NCBI GenBank assembly: GCA_041617635.1
Contig: JBFJOO010000001.1
Location: forward strand, 11,819 to 75,818
Source of the DNA: Burkholderiales bacterium
GTDB lineage: Bacteria > Pseudomonadota > Gammaproteobacteria > Burkholderiales > SG8-39
Length of the DNA stretch: 64,000 nucleotides
Direction of reading: 5' to 3'
Shown: one piece after another, positions 63,781-64,000 of the stretch
Layout: each line of letters opens with the position of its first letter
Position numbering within the stretch: the stretch's first letter is position 1
Position numbers and translations under genes: made by a program
Notes under the pieces: model-generated
What the model saw: only the letters and a program-made list of their open reading frames with translations
Databases searched by the model: none
Told to the model about the DNA's origin: nothing

Positions 63781-64000
63781 GTGCAACCGATCCTGATTCG
63801 CTGTGGCGGCTACCAGCCGCCGGCCTCGATTCACAATCGCGCGGCGGAGGCCTTCGGCCAGGGCCTTGCCGCGCGGCTTGGCGAGTCGGTCCGGTTCGAG
63901 CTCGACGGCAATATCGTCGCGCGCGGCCACAACGCGGCGGATCTCCTCGACTGGGTGCGCACGGGCAGGATCGAGCTCTGCTATTTCTCGACGAGCTACC
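63781..64000 (+). CDS. 5' part of a gene resembling TRAP-type (DctP-like) solute-binding proteins (partial, runs off window)
   Basis: Open frame VQPILIRCGGYQPPASIHNRAAEAFGQGLAARLGESVRFELDGNIVARGHNAADLLDWVRTGRIELCYFSTSY. The resemblance is from memory only. Start is GTG 63781 or GTG 63736. No signal peptide visible. Confidence 0.35.
   Translation, partial: MQPILIRCGGYQPPASIHNRAAEAFGQGLAARLGESVRFELDGNIVARGHNAADLLDWVRTGRIELCYFSTSY

Noticed and set aside
18900-64000. The accessory region as a horizontally acquired mobile or defence island
   Set aside because: I saw no integrase, transposase, tRNA attachment site, flanking direct repeats, plasmid or phage genes, or recognisable defence-system domains. 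Base composition looks uniform with the core region by eye.

Overview
GC-rich (about two-thirds G+C by eye, not computed) proteobacterial chromosomal segment; gene order and the abundance of Bug/TTT transporters suggest a betaproteobacterium. All family calls rest on motif recognition in the supplied translations; no BLAST or HMM was run. Positions 1-18.6 kb are mostly conserved housekeeping: two tandem type-IV-pilin-like paralogs, a CPA2 K+/H+ antiporter, then kdsD-kdsC-lptC-lptA-lptB-rpoN-ptsN-hprK-rapZ, a LON-domain protein, mutY, asmA, a 5'-nucleotidase-family gene and an EamA transporter. Positions 18.9-64 kb are a dense accessory catabolic region. It holds two different molybdenum-hydroxylase gene sets (one a four-gene FAD/FeS/split-Mo set, one coxG-MSL-like), two ACMSD-type amidohydrolases and an extradiol dioxygenase. 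It also holds a CUT1-type ABC importer, a CocE/NonD hydrolase, two alpha/beta hydrolases plus an isochorismatase-family amidase, zeta- and omega-type GSTs, and two unusual M24 paralogs. The rest comprises two HIBADH-type and two Gfo/Idh/MocA dehydrogenases, two D-2-hydroxyacid dehydrogenases, a fused double OsmC-like protein, a truncated PEP-utilising phosphotransferase, two LysR regulators and two complete TTT (tctABC) transporters. Two families of intergenic hairpin (REP-like) repeats occur twice each. I found no rRNA, tRNA, CRISPR, integrase, transposase or recognisable phage-defence genes. I see no single clear-cut novel system. The best candidates for follow-up are (i) a probable N-heteroaromatic carboxylate degradation island with a non-canonical enzyme set and no local regulator, and (ii) a minimal ATP-grasp plus phosphohistidine-swivel enzyme lacking an acceptor domain, inside a 14-kb co-directional gene array. 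Others are (iii) M24 paralogs with an Asp-to-Cys change at a canonical metal-ligand position, (iv) an MCP-hydrolase-like alpha/beta protein whose nucleophile Ser is Gly, and (v) orphan tandem pilin paralogs, the first with a sigma-54-type promoter.
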